A stretch of DNA of 63,986 nucleotides, the filler included, from Phoronis australis (lineage: Eukaryota > Animalia > Phoronida): NCBI GenBank assembly GCA_002633005.1. It is 8 parts of 8 records of this genome, joined end to end, with 100 filler letters (N's around TTAATTAATTAA, not from the genome) between each part and the next. Parts side by side here need not be neighbours in the genome. Positions count along the whole stretch, not along the records: positions 1 to 24,812 come from NMRA01000403.1; positions 24,913 to 31,726 come from NMRA01002107.1; positions 31,827 to 40,762 come from NMRA01001526.1; 5 more parts are not named here. One strand, given 5' to 3'. The notes below the pieces were generated by a model. It saw only the letters and a program-made list of their open reading frames with translations, was not told the origin of the DNA and made no database searches. Shown piece by piece: positions 22,957 to 35,639 of the stretch. Both the position numbers and the translations under genes were made by a program. Positions within the stretch are counted from its first letter, which is position 1, and every line of letters starts with the position of its first letter.

Positions 22957-23815
22957 ATATGCAAATTATTTGAGACAAATTCAAACCTTTGTTACCCATT
23001 TTCAAGCCTTTTGATTTTTGATACTTTTAGTAATTATGAACACCGTTTACAGATTCATGGGTCTGTCAAGCACACTTTTGGTCTAAGCCTGAGGAAACCG
23101 TTTCTCATATTTTTTTTTTCTTCTAATAGAGGATATGAAAACGTGGGACACACATTCAGTTGCACCGAATTTTACAACCCCAACACCCTATGCCAACCTC
23201 CCGCTAAGGACCTTAATAAGTAAATTAACAAAACAACTTACATACCTTTCTTTAAAATTAGCATTCCCTTTTCAAAGGCTTTGTTCTTTGTCTCCGATAT
23301 AGAAAGTAGGCTTTGACAACAGTTCTGCACTGGGTAGGAAGATCTTGCTGGTTAGCTGCCTGCAGTCAACTGCTTAAAACCAATTTTTGTCCATTCAGGG
23401 ACGGTTGCAGAAGCGATGCATATCTCCTCTGCAAGGTACTAGCCCTAAAACATAAAAACCAAAGGTCAGGTGAAAACAGACATCATATATTTCCATGCCA
23501 ACGTGCAATAGATTTCCGGACGACATAGGATAGGAAGTTAACAAATAGTCTAATAGATATTTGTCATGTACCCTTTGGTGCTTTGGGCTTGGATTGTAAT
23601 CTTACCTCACTAACAAATATCGAGTTGACAGCATAAACAGTCTGATGTAACTGTCACTGATAAAACTGTTGGAAATCATTCCAAGCATTAATAATACTGC
23701 TTTGATATACGAAAAATCCAGAGTGCTTATTCAAGTATCGTAACACACATCAGTCATCACAACAAACAAGGGTCGTATACATTATGACAAACTAAACTAC
23801 TACAGATATCAGTAA

Positions 23816-23874
23816 TTACAAAAGTAATATAACATGTTGAACTGTTACAAAAGTAATATAACATGTTGAACTGT
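23816..23874. repeat. 29-bp tandem duplication
   Basis: TTACAAAAGTAATATAACATGTTGAACTG x2. Confidence 0.85.
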
Positions 23875-24812
23875 AAAGGTGGGTGACAATCTGGCTCCAA
23901 TGAAGGTATACACAAGTGGTGAATAGTAAGTTAAGAAACAATATGCGGAAGAATAACAGCAACACCGTCACAGCGACATGTGAAATTTGAGGATAACAGA
24001 GAAAGAATGAAAATTTGTTTGCGGGAGGGAGGGAAGGAGAAATTGAGTGAAAAATGAAAGTTCGAGAGAATTGTGGACGATGGCTCAGTGTTGCGACAAG
24101 ACAAAGAGATCATGTGGTACAATTGAACCAACAATCGTAAAACAAAGAAGGTCACTGACCTGAGAATCCAAACAATATGATAATGAGGACGACGCAGTAT
24201 AGCTTACATAAAATGATTTAAGAGTGACTCCATATAAAAACCAACAGGTAGAGTCTATACCCAAAATCACCGATTTTTTTTAAACTTAGCACATGAGTTT
24301 GGTTTGTTGAGATGTAGAAAAGTTTCACTTTTTAAGAATTTTCATTCATTATTTTTCTTTTTATGACCTGTACCTCCATTTTGCAACAAAATTGGGCGTC
24401 GAAGTAGGAATGTTTGAATGCATTTTACTAGCATGTGTGGTAAGGACAAAACAAATGGATAATACGAATTGAAAGGGCAATGGCTGAATAATTTAATGGC
24501 ATAACTTTCAAAATCCATTTTCAAATTTGTACGTTTTGAATTTGTGAGGCAAAAACGGCTATTTTTCAGGTTCACTGAAGCCATTTTCGGCCAAATTTGG
24601 CACTCTGTAGCAGCCATAACGCACCTTTTCTGAAATTGACTTTATAATAATTTGTTTAGTCATTCCTAACCTGTTCATAATCTAAAATAAAAAATCTTGC
24701 CTCTAATGTACTTTTTGCGTAGGAAGCATTACACGAACTGCACTTCGTCCTTTTGCATGTTCTCAGTTGCCTCTGCTGCCAATAGGGGGCTCTTGGAACA
24801 TATAATTAGCTT

Positions 24813-24912
24813 NNNNNNNNNNNNNNNNNNNNNNNNNNNNNNNNNNNNNNNNNNNNTTAATTAATTAANNNNNNNNNNNNNNNNNNNNNNNNNNNNNNNN
24901 NNNNNNNNNNNN
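24813..24912. other. Artificial contig linker N44-TTAATTAATTAA-N44 (also at 31727-31826, 40763-40862, 46901-47000, 54900-54999, 59602-59701, 62560-62659)
   Basis: Seven identical 100-bp spacers; the 12-mer places stop codons in all six frames. Confidence 0.97.
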
Positions 24913-26398
24913 CAATGATTGCTTCAGTACAAAAATTCACAGTGGTTACAGTTAAAATTTAGATTGGATCACGGTATGGCAGACAGGTGTAATATCATTT
25001 TGTTAAATTTTTCAACAAAAATGGCTTCTAACAGCAAGTTTACGTTGCTTTTAGCATGGTTTGTACAGCATAGTTATAACCAGACTACATCTGGTAAATT
25101 TTTGAGCATTTGCAAAGATATGATAAACCTTGGAAAATAGAAATATGGCAATTTTAGTAATTTTGCTTCTGTCCCAAATTGAAGAATTTTTACTTCAAGT
25201 TGATTTGTTCAAGTTTGAATTTCCGACTTAGGCTTGACCTAATTAGTGTCACGTGGGACTTCTAAGCAGTGAAGTTGTACCAACACATTTCCATTGCGGT
25301 GCACATTGATACAAGCTATATTATTGCTAACAATCAGGTATTTTATAAATGCTGTTAAATGCTACAGTGGGTTACTTTTCACTACAAATGCAAAACAAAT
25401 AAAGAGTTGTAAGAAAATAGGCGTGGTTTTTACACAACTGACACTAATAACATTCAATTTAATAACAATTGTCACAATACAAAATCACCACACTTGGAAT
25501 AGTATTGAATTATGCTCATCAGATACAATGTGGCATAAAGTTGAAATTTGTAGTGAAAAACTCCATTGATATGAATGCATTGTGTTAAGGACTATCAGTC
25601 AAATGCACATGTATGTAAACTTACATAGACCAGTACGAGACTGAGAAGACTGTGGCTAGCTTTGAAAACAGGATTTCACCTCGATTACATTTACTGAGAA
25701 TTTAGAGATTGTCACAACAACCAAAACAAAAATAAACATCTTTCCAGTAGTCCCAGCACGTGATATGTCCAGTGCTTGGCGACTTACAAGTAAAACTTGT
25801 CAATAAGTTCCCTGAAGTGAATGAATACTGGAAAATACTGTTGTTTCATCAGATTTCTTGTACACTAATTCTTGTTACACTAAATGAAAACTGTCTAAAC
25901 TTATTCAAACTTCTTCGTACAATAAATAACATCTCAAAATGTTCACTTGAAAACATGGAAACCAGGCATTTCCCCCCCAGAAATGAGCAGTTGTTAAACA
26001 CTGTCTTGCTAACCAGTAAAAATTGTGTCCGAGCACTTGTGTCTACCAGGTTACATTCAGATACACATACGGTGCGTTCAGTAAAGAGTTTCAGTTGTGA
26101 ACAGAAAAACAATATAGAATCAATCTTCAGCAGCAGAGACTAGTAAAGTAAGCTTCACTTGATCCTAAGAGGAAGAGTCCAGTAGGAAGGTGCAAGATCA
26201 TTACCACCGAATGTGTGACTTTAAACTGCTTCCCTGACACTGAAAAGCACCTGTCAACAAATTTTGGAAGTAAAACACCACATGCATTACTTCACTGCTT
26301 GACCGATTCCAGTTCAGGGATGACGATAATGGTTTAACAATGACTACCCACACCTCAGCAGATCATGATATGTTGATGTTTCCAAGGGAACCAGTTCA

Positions 26399-26475
26399 TC
26401 ACATGTTTGACTGCTGTGCCAGAAATTGTCGAATCTTCTGCAGCAGTTCCTTTTTCACGTTATCTGGGACTGAAG
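26399..26475 (-). CDS. ENY2: Transcription and mRNA export factor ENY2/Sus1, coding exon 5 (terminal)
   Basis: AG acceptor at 26476-26477; translates (A)SVPDNVKKELLQKIRQFLAQQSNM*. Confidence 0.95.
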
Positions 26476-27078
26476 CTGAAAGATAAAGATCACAATTTAA
26501 ACCAAGGTGTATCAAACTAAATGACAAGAAGCCAAGTGAAACATTCTCCCATAAATATAATGGGTTCAGTAATCTAGAGTTAAAAGGCATGTTTTACAAA
26601 ACAAGCTACAGTCAGAGTGCATTACAACTGGTTTACAATATTCATTTACTTAATGTGTTCCATTCATAAGTGCAAATTTAAGCTGTTAAGTTTTGTAAAC
26701 ATAGGCATCTGTTATAAAAATTTAGAGAAGTCCTGGAAGGAGTTCATCGTAACACCATTCGCAAATACTAGCAGACGGAGCAAGGATAAGCAGCCCATAT
26801 TACAATAACACAAGAGCCAATGAGTTGGACTTTGGCAACAGAGCAATATCTAGACAGTGACCAAGTCTGATATGAGATGGTGAAAGCGCAAATGCTAGCA
26901 ATAGAGGCACTCACTGCCCTGTTGCCATGGCACCTACAGAATGGCCAGTAGCAATTGCACAAACCATCTCATCACTATGCCACTTGTAAAGATTTAAGGC
27001 AAAAACTCTACTACAATATTTCCTTGATATTTCCATAAGCATGAAAATGATGTAATCTGAGTGAGTTACCACACGCAC

Positions 27079-27153
27079 CTCTACCCTTTGGTGTTATTTC
27101 TGCAACAAGGTCATCCACTGTAATATGTTCTAAACCCTTTTGTTTCACAATTT
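27079..27153 (-). CDS. ENY2: ENY2 coding exon 4
   Basis: AG/GT flanks, 75 nt; translates (E)[24 protein letters not shown]. Confidence 0.95.
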
Positions 27154-27885
27154 CTGCAAACAAAAAAATAAATCCACACTAATTCAATAATGAAACATCA
27201 CCTGAATATGGTTATCAGTATAGTTTGGTAGCGGCCCTTCGTTTACACAATCTTCATTGAAAATGAGACTAAACTTTTTGTTTGAAAGCTTGATACTGAT
27301 TCGTTTGAAAGGAGATTGTTCTGACACTACGAGCGAATCAGAATCAAACTTTCGAATAAAAAGTTTGTTCGTGTTTTCAACGAAGTTTGAATATGCTTAT
27401 GCATATATTTTATGAAAGAGAACAGCAAAACTCACAAATGTTACAAGTGAACAAGTCGAATCCTCACTTAATGTTGGCAAAGTTCAATGAATTGATGTGG
27501 CTGCTCTAGGTTGTATATTTGGCCATTCAAAGGACTTGCGATTTTTTACTATTAATAAAATCTTTCACCTCGGTTGGATCTGACATATGCTAGTTTTACT
27601 ACAAAAGTTTATGAAAGAAAATGATACAATCTATTTGAACAGTCACTGATGACTTTTCTGAATATTTGCGCAAAATGTTAAGACTAGCAGTTAACACTCA
27701 CGACTGTAGGTTAAACGTGATCGAAGGACAAATCTTCTATGTGCCAATTTCAAGGGAAATTTTAATCAATTTCACATCCACATGTAATGAAGATTGCTTC
27801 ACAGCAACTTATGATAACCAACTTTGTCATCACTTAAATATTGAGATTATGAGACAACCCTGACTTCCTCAAAACCATGCTTTAC

Positions 27886-27956
27886 CTTTACAGTGTGACT
27901 TTAGTTCATCCCTCCAACCACATTCTATCAGCCTCTGACGTAGTAGATCTTTTAAC
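27886..27956 (-). CDS. ENY2: ENY2 coding exon 3
   Basis: AG/GT flanks, 71 nt; translates (R)[23 protein letters not shown]. Confidence 0.95.
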
Positions 27957-28921
27957 CTGCACACAATAACAATACATCAAATTTAGCTATTATCAATCTG
28001 TATAAACGTGACAAATCTTCTATCAATATACATCTCAGAACTACAACTAATTCATCGTCAATATGCGAAGAATTCAATTATTGCCCGTTTGCTTCTATGG
28101 AACAGTTTACCACAGGAATGTCAAGTTTAAAAAATTGTGTTATATAATATCATTTCTTAAGGGCAATAGTACCACACCTCTTCCTACTACTAAATTAAGT
28201 TTGCATGAAAACAAAATTTTTGTTAACAAATTCCGAGCGGGGTTGTACCTCAATTCACAGATTAAAAGTTCTATTATAAGTTAACTAATTTTTCTAATAA
28301 ATGTATGTATGGTGCCATTAATAGTGATGCTCATTTATTTGCTCTCATGCCTCGTCTATAATGCTGAGCGTGAACAGCTCTTTCACAACCTCCAATCCAA
28401 CGATCATATCTGGTTACATTTTCAAAATCTTAGTAACAGACATGAAAAAACTAGTTTTCTTTTGTATTATAGTCACAATTTGAATCACGACTGTATTGCT
28501 CTATTACTTAGAAATCTTAGTGATTATATTTTTAAATTTCACGTTAGGGAACTGCATTAATATCTACTCTGAGCTTTTTGTTATTCTGTTGTAAATATGT
28601 TCTCCTTTATTGCCGCATGATTTTTTTCCGTTTGTTGTTTTCTTAACTTTTGGTGTTTTTCCTCAAAATTATGTTTCACTTATTATAAGTAAGTCATTGT
28701 TTTATAGTTAAAAGCCTAGTTATAATGGTTCGCTTTCTGGGCTACAGAAAAACCCTTGGTCATAGTACTTCTTTTATTAACGTGTACACAAGAGACCATG
28801 GCTGAGTGAATTACATTCAATATTGCAGAAAATACACTTCTAATTAACAGTTAAGTGATGAATTACAATGTGTGAAGAGCCCAGTTCAACAGTAGCAATT
28901 AGACATGCAAAGTACTAGTAG

Positions 28922-29366
28922 CAGGGCTTGGAATGACCAATGGCGAAAAACGCGGACATTTTACGGCCCAAATCATGCACGCTTTCCAGCCTTGACATAG
29001 TCGATGTGGACCTTTTGATGACAAAAATCGGGAGGAGTCCACTCCCACCTCCACACATTTTTGGCTGCAGAGTCGTAGTATTTGCCACCGCGTTTTGCAA
29101 TCACACGAGACGCCATTGAAGAAATCCACTACGCTATCCCAGATGCCCCGGCAATGTTGACAATTTACGTTCCCCCAAAACATAAAGAGCAACTTCCGCT
29201 TTTCGAGGTGAAAGTCGTCGGCAACGCCGCGGTAAGAAAGTAATTTGCCGCGGAAATTTTATATCAAATCCGATTTTTTTTTTGACGCGGAAATATAATA
29301 AAATATGCGGACAGAACATTTGAAAAAAGCGGAAATCCGCGTTTCCACGGAAAATTCCAAGCCTTG
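28922..29366. mobile_element. hAT-like MITE in an ENY2 intron; an inverted end of the same family lies at about 49711-49770
   Basis: TIRs CAGGGCTTGGAAT and ATTCCAAGCCTTG, with TAGTAG on both flanks and repeated internal CGCGGAA motifs. Confidence 0.75.
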
Positions 29367-29757
29367 TAGTAGAATCTTATTACTTTTTATCAGAGGGTTC
29401 AAATTAAAAAAAAAAAAGATGAATGAAAATCGTAATTCCCTTTTTACCCAGAGCAGTAACCTTATCAGGGCTCAGTTGCCTCAAAAGTTGCACGCTGGAC
29501 GACACTTAGAATCAAACAAAGCGTGAGAGACAACATCAATGGTCGTAACAGCCGCTGTTCTTTATTCTCCCCCACATGCTTATGCTTTGCTCATATCTTA
29601 TGACTGCGCATGCTTCTTTGTGTTACAAAATACATTAACTAAGAAATTGTAGACTATAAATACGAAGACAATTCAAACAGCGGGCTACTAAACTACTAAA
29701 TATTTAAAGGTAAGAAAACTTGGTCAGTCTGAGCCATATTTCATATTAAGTACTTAC

Positions 29758-29829
29758 CTCTCTCTTTCTCCCGTTTCGATTAACTTTTGGTTGACTGTAG
29801 CTCGCATCTGAGCGTCTTTGGCTTTTTGG
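29758..29829 (-). CDS. ENY2: ENY2 coding exon 2
   Basis: ttttgcAG acceptor and GTAAGT donor, 72 nt; translates QKAKDAQMRATVNQKLIETGERE. Confidence 0.95.
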
Positions 29830-30429
29830 CTGCAAAATGGGAGAACATTGGCTATAAGTCACTCGCATACAAATTCCTTAATTAAAATACAGTCTCTTCA
29901 ATGAGAGATAGCAAAAATTTTATTCAGGAAAACAACACCACTGCAGTTGAGCGTTTATTTGATCAACCAGTCAATCATGAAATAGTCTCTCAGTAGAGGG
30001 GGGTTCATGATTATAGAGTGATATTAACACCAATCATGATAGTATTTCAACCAACCTTTTTAATTATTGACGATCTTATTCACCAAACAATTACTCATTT
30101 AACAATCACATTTTCCTACAATTCTATGACACAAGTAAAGTTAAAGGGCAGCAGCTGAACTCTCGCTTGACCTCGTTTTTTGAAATCAGGCATATTTTCA
30201 TGTCTCTCATTGAAATCAGAAGGCGATGAATTTGATATCACGCATGCACAGTTATTTGTCACATTGGAGTTGCTGCCCACAGTGCAGCAGTAATACTTCC
30301 TTAGTATTTGAAAAACTTGTAAGAAATAACAAGTGAAACTCCAGTGGTATGAAAACAAGGCAGCAAATGTGTCTGACCGATGTTTAGAGCATTGTGGGTA
30401 AATAAAGTGAGATTCAGGTGTCGCAGTGT

Positions 30430-31435
30430 AAAATGGGACGGTCCTGTTAGTTGCCGATGTTAAAAACTTGGCATTCTACCGTTATTTTGCTGCTCAAGTT
30501 GTGGAGCGATCTTATGCATCAGCTTTTGGTGCCATGGTATATGGCGTCACTTATTGAACAGTTTTTTTTTTCATCAATTCTTCAGTCTACAGTTCTTCTT
30601 CCGCAAGATTGTACACCTGTCACAGCGTCGTTCTTTGGGTGCGAATCGTGAGTGGCGCGTTCATTTAAACTTTTCGAGTACGGATTGTGTATTAGTTATG
30701 GGGTAAGTACTTCTTGGATCCTTATAACATCCTCTCGTTCTACCGTTATTCTGTTGCTAAGGTTGTGGAGCGATCTTTAGCCACGGCTTTCGGCGCCATG
30801 AAATATTGCGTCACCTATTGGCCATTTTTCGCCGATTTTTTAATCAACTGTTCTTCTTTCACGAGATTGCGTACACGTCACAACAAATTATCGGAATTGG
30901 TTTCACTTCGTTGTAAATTTTAATAATTGTGATACCGAAAAACCGAATTTCAGAAGAAATTTTGCTGCTGCCACGCTATCATCATCTCCCGAGAAATGTC
31001 GCAAAAATTTAGGGAAATGGCGCGTGCGCGTGACACGAGCGCATTGTTTTCAAAACGACGATATACTTTTCATTCTTAGAAAAGGCGGAGAGTTATGCAA
31101 GAAAATCACTTTAACGGCTGTAATGGGCAAGGTGTCGGTCATGACTCCCAGATTTTGCATGCACACCGTCTGGTCTTTAGCTCTGAGTACATGTTGATAC
31201 AAGTTTCACGGCGAGTTGACAAGCAGAACTACCCTGGCTGTGTGCAATTTCGGGGTCTACGGAAGAAATACACACAGTGGGACCTAGCTGTATTTTGACG
31301 ACAGTCTTCATACAGCTAGCTGGCTGGCTACTAGCTGGCTGGCTGGCTACAAGTACAAGTACAACTACAAGTCACAGACAGAACTCAGAACTACTGACTG
31401 CAGTTTGAAGTTTGCAACTTCGGTTTTACATAACT
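30430..31435 (-). mobile_element. Dispersed non-autonomous element (HINE-like) in ENY2 intron 1; a homologous copy lies at about 51740-52170 in a GID8 intron
   Basis: (GCTG)n and (TACAAG)n microsatellites near one end, an internal duplication (30475-30620 versus 30738-30880), and collinear similarity to 51767-52170. Confidence 0.65.
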
Positions 31436-31558
31436 GATATTTAACGTCGCTTGGGTAGCTCATGTCTGGGACTAGGTAAAACACAGTGTTATTTCTAGCA
31501 CCATAATTTTTAGTTACAAGACATTCAGAAAAGTAAATGCGAAACCCAACCAACTTAC

Positions 31559-31566
31559 TCAGCCAT
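31559..31566 (-). CDS. ENY2: ENY2 coding exon 1 (ATG GCT GA)
   Basis: ATGGCTGA|GTAAGT is a phase-2 donor matching the next exon. Total CDS 8+72+71+75+77 = 303 nt, giving a 100-aa protein. Confidence 0.7.
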
Positions 31567-32318
31567 CACACACATTGAGACTTAGCAATATTAATGGCGG
31601 TTGAAATGATCGTTACAACATCAAGACAATGTGTCTCTTTCTGACAAAATAGGGGGTTTGGAATTAGATTTGTGATATAAATTGTATTACTTTTTATATG
31701 GGTTATAAAAGCTGGATCGTAGTTCCNNNNNNNNNNNNNNNNNNNNNNNNNNNNNNNNNNNNNNNNNNNNTTAATTAATTAANNNNNNNNNNNNNNNNNN
31801 NNNNNNNNNNNNNNNNNNNNNNNNNNAAGTCATTGCTCGTAAATTTGGAAAGATTGTCTTTGCATTTCCTTGATGCTTGTAGTTCCCAGTAGTATTGTGC
31901 AATGAATTTAGGTTCTTCTAAACCGAATCGTTTGCTTGACATTACCGTGCATACTGCAAAGGCTGGACACGTCGTGACTCAGTGACGCACCCACGTTAAA
32001 AATAAGGTGTTGGCTGCCCGCGTAGAATCCGCGCACAGTGATTGACGGGAAAAGAACTTGAACTGCAGGAGTTGAAGTGTGTGCATTTTTGGGAAACGCG
32101 TTCCATACCATTTTCCCCAGCCGCCTGGCGGCAGAAGCTGGACCAGTGAGTGGCTGTGTTTCAACAGCTCTATAGGCCAAGGATTTCGAGATCATATCTT
32201 TCAAAAAAATCTGCAGGAAATGACCGTATTAAAATAAACTTTTCCCAAAACTGGGTCAAACAGAACGACCTTGGAGCCAGAACACGGGTATAGGTTCGAG
32301 CTAAGCCGCACGTCTCAA

Positions 32319-32425
32319 ATGAATCATAGCGGAGCTGACCAGCGACTAGCATTAGTTCTTCGAATTTCGCATGAATCATAGCGGAGCTGACCAGCGACTA
32401 GCATTAGTTCGTCGAATTGCGCATG
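32319..32425. repeat. 52-bp tandem duplication
   Basis: ATGAATCATAGCGGAGCTGACCAGCGACTAGCATTAGTTC.TCGAATT.CGC x2. Confidence 0.9.
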
Positions 32426-33184
32426 GCATGGATCGGACTTCCCGGCGACTCAGACGCCACGACACCTGCCACCCGTGGCGGGAGCAGCTTATTTCTTGAC
32501 TAACACCTGCTTCTAAATCTGGATTTAAGCAAAATGACAAAGTCCACGCTTACACATATGCAAGCGTATCCAAATGTATTTTCATGTGAAACCATTCAAT
32601 GTTCTTTGAACATTGACTTGTGTGAGTTCTTAATTTTCTTAGATCTGCCCAATCACGTAGAACTGCGTTTCAAGTCATTCGCTACAGGCACCGTAGGGTT
32701 CAAATTGGAAGTTCGCGTCGTTTGACATCGTATGACGTCATATGACGTAGGAGATGCGAGCCTCATTTGCATATATAAGAGACATCTGTTGGTTCAAAAA
32801 AGAGGATCATGCCCGAGTACATGCCTGGGAAGAGGCATCTTTTTAAGGGTAAAACAAGTCATGTTCAAAGCAACCTAGTGCCATTAATATGCAGTCTTTG
32901 GGGACCAAAGTGGTGTCATTTTATAGCTAAAGCGTTAAGCTTTCGAACACAATGCTTGGATTCCAGACGACTCTAACATTTACTTTTGAAATCACTTTTG
33001 AATATCCGTTAAAATGCGCTAAAACAGTTGTCCCTTCCTGGTTATCTCTTCCTGGAATTAGTTAAAATATATATTTGAAAGAGGTAAGCACCCATTCCAT
33101 TCAATGACAACATGAATCCGAATCACGAATGCGATTACGGATCAGCAAATCCCATCACTGGCAGACATCGACAAGCCTACTTAC

Positions 33185-33263
33185 CAGATGCTGAAAACGA
33201 GGAAAAAGTTAACAACAGGGATATCAGAAGCGTTCCCATGTTTCTTTCTTCTCTGTTATCCAT
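33185..33263 (-). CDS. Probable first coding (signal-peptide) exon of an unidentified secreted or membrane protein
   Basis: MDNREERN-MGTLLISLLLTFSSFSAS followed by a phase-1 G|GTAAGT donor. No convincing open downstream exon was found in this contig. Confidence 0.45.
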
Positions 33264-34054
33264 TTGTCTAGACACCGCAATTTGCAATATGGCGAATCTC
33301 TAAATCTGTCTGGGCTAGCAGGCGAGCATGAAACGGTCACAGCGGCCTCATACTCGCTCCGTTTCAACTGATATTTCATACATTACAACGCGAGTGTTTG
33401 TTGAGACCAAAGGACGAAAATCGCCCACCAATGGGACGATTTCTAAGGAGAAATCGGTCTTTTAACAGACATGGTATCCTTCAAGTCACACACGTCCGAC
33501 GCCAAATTACACCAGACAGTTCAGTCTGGAACTAAACATATGTTTATTTGTTCGGGGGTTTCACCAAAGACATTTTGACTTATTCCCACTTTTATAGAAC
33601 ATGCTATTCACCTTTAACTAGAAGGCACGGGAAATTTAATTATTAAGAAAAATAAAGGAATAAAATCAGAGATAATATAAAGAATATTGTCATCATTCAG
33701 CAGTCATATCAAGTGCACTTCCCCCCACATCAAATAGGTGGTTTCGTCTAAATTTGACCTAATTCAGAAAGTGCGACCCATATTTTTGTTATACAGCGCT
33801 TGTGGCGATAAAAGTTTGTACTATTTATGAAGTAAGCAGTGAGTAAGACGTAGCTTAGTAAATAATCTTTATTTAAGAGTCGGTGAAGTTTAACAATGAA
33901 ACATTAGCGCTAGTGCTATAATCCGACAATATCAAAAAGTACAAAAACTTAAACTACATGCTAATTATACAAGTGCAGTTAAAAGACAGAACTTTTAACA
34001 TAAATACAAAAGAATGAACATCATAGGTGTTACGGGGATAGAGTAGACATGTAA

Positions 34055-34166
34055 AGCAGTTCTCACAACAGCAGTCCTCACAACAGCAGTCCTCACAACA
34101 GCAGTCCTCACAACAGCAGTCCTCACAACAGCAGTCCTCACAACAGCAGTTCTCACAACAGCAGTT
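34055..34166. repeat. 15-bp minisatellite, about 7.5 copies
   Basis: Unit AGCAGT(C/T)CTCACAAC. Confidence 0.95.
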
Positions 34167-34587
34167 CACAGAGAAAAAACTCACCAAGTGTAGCAAATTC
34201 CTTTAAGGCAGTAAAATTCTCTCATCAGTTGCCGATGGCAATGTGTTCTGTTGCAAAGTCCCCTGATGGGCTGGGATTAAGTTACACCCGGTACTAAAAC
34301 GTTTTACAAATAGACAGTTTTCACATCTGAAATAACTAATTATTACTCCATTGTTTTCACAGTTTATCAAATTCAAGCTCCAACTCATTTACCTCAATAA
34401 CGATAGGTTATGGACCACTACAACAGTCGCAGTCCTACAACCCGCGGCTTAAATCAATGGGAAAACGGGATATTATAAAATAATGTCATGGGAAAACGTA
34501 ATATTTTAAATAGAAGTGACAAGGGTTTCTTCCGGCAGTGAATGGTTTGCTGCAGTGAGCTCAGAGGCGGATCTACAGGGGGGTTCA

Positions 34588-34889
34588 NNNNNNNNNNNNN
34601 NNNNNNNNNNNNNNNNNNNNNNNNNNNNNNNNNNNNNNNNNNNNNNNNNNNNNNNNNNNNNNNNNNNNNNNNNNNNNNNNNNNNNNNNNNNNNNNNNNNN
34701 NNNNNNNNNNNNNNNNNNNNNNNNNNNNNNNNNNNNNNNNNNNNNNNNNNNNNNNNNNNNNNNNNNNNNNNNNNNNNNNNNNNNNNNNNNNNNNNNNNNN
34801 NNNNNNNNNNNNNNNNNNNNNNNNNNNNNNNNNNNNNNNNNNNNNNNNNNNNNNNNNNNNNNNNNNNNNNNNNNNNNNNNNNNNNNNNN
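34588..34889. other. Assembly gap (302 N); a second gap lies at 51054-51459
   Basis: N runs without the TTAA linker, next to poly-G/poly-C tracts. Confidence 0.95.
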
Positions 34890-35639
34890 GGGTTCAACCC
34901 CCCCCCCCCCCGCCGCCTATGGTTATTCACCATTCGTTTTTTCTCTTAAGTTCAGGTATTTGTTTACTTGCTCGCCGTGCAACTTTTTCATAAATGTAAT
35001 TTAATAATCGGCTCGGGGGCCAGATTATGGAAGTAGGTTACGTGCAACTCGTTGGTTCCCTACGTGCCTAGCCAGCACGCTGTCTACCGACCACCTAGCG
35101 GCTGGCAACGGGGAACCAGCGAGGTACGTGCAATTGTATTGTCTCATGTTTTAGTTGGAATGTGTCACGTGAGTGTGCATATGGTCAGGGTGGTCTTGAC
35201 CGTTTCTATCATAGGCGGATTTAGGGGGGCCCAGGGGGAACGTCCCCCCTCCCCCTTGGTTGGTGCAAGGAAAATTAAACTGCAACAGCGTGAAGCGTGA
35301 GGTAATATCGGGTTACTGAGTTCACCAACTAGGAAAAGCAGCGGATTAGCGATCAGCCGATGAGAGCGCGGCGGAATGGTGTTTCAGTTTGTTTGTTTGT
35401 TTGTTCGTTTTTTTTTGTAGTCCTCCGATAGAATTTGGGAGCAACAGGTCCTCATCGCCAGCCCCCGCAACCTTCGGGCCGCCTGTGCATACGATCACGC
35501 TTTGCCCAATTCTCCGAGGCAACATGTTGGGGTCCCCCATATGGTACCATAGATCAACCACTGGCTGTGGTTACGTTTGACAATGGGTGAATTGTTTATT
35601 TTTAGATAAACTGCAGGGGTCTAAGGTTTGTTTCAAAAT

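Noticed and set aside
24857-24868. TTAATTAATTAA as a biological motif or piggyBac target
   Set aside because: It is always centred in exactly 44+44 Ns, so it is an assembly linker.
33954-34196. Cysteine-rich (CCCED)n ORF suggesting a metallothionein-like protein
   Set aside because: It is the translation of a near-perfect 15-bp minisatellite with almost no synonymous variation. It starts just inside a GTGAGT donor-like site, so it is probably intronic, and the ORF has no ATG start.
34454-35004. Long ORFs containing X runs (also 50966-51651)
   Set aside because: They are artefacts of translating through N gaps.
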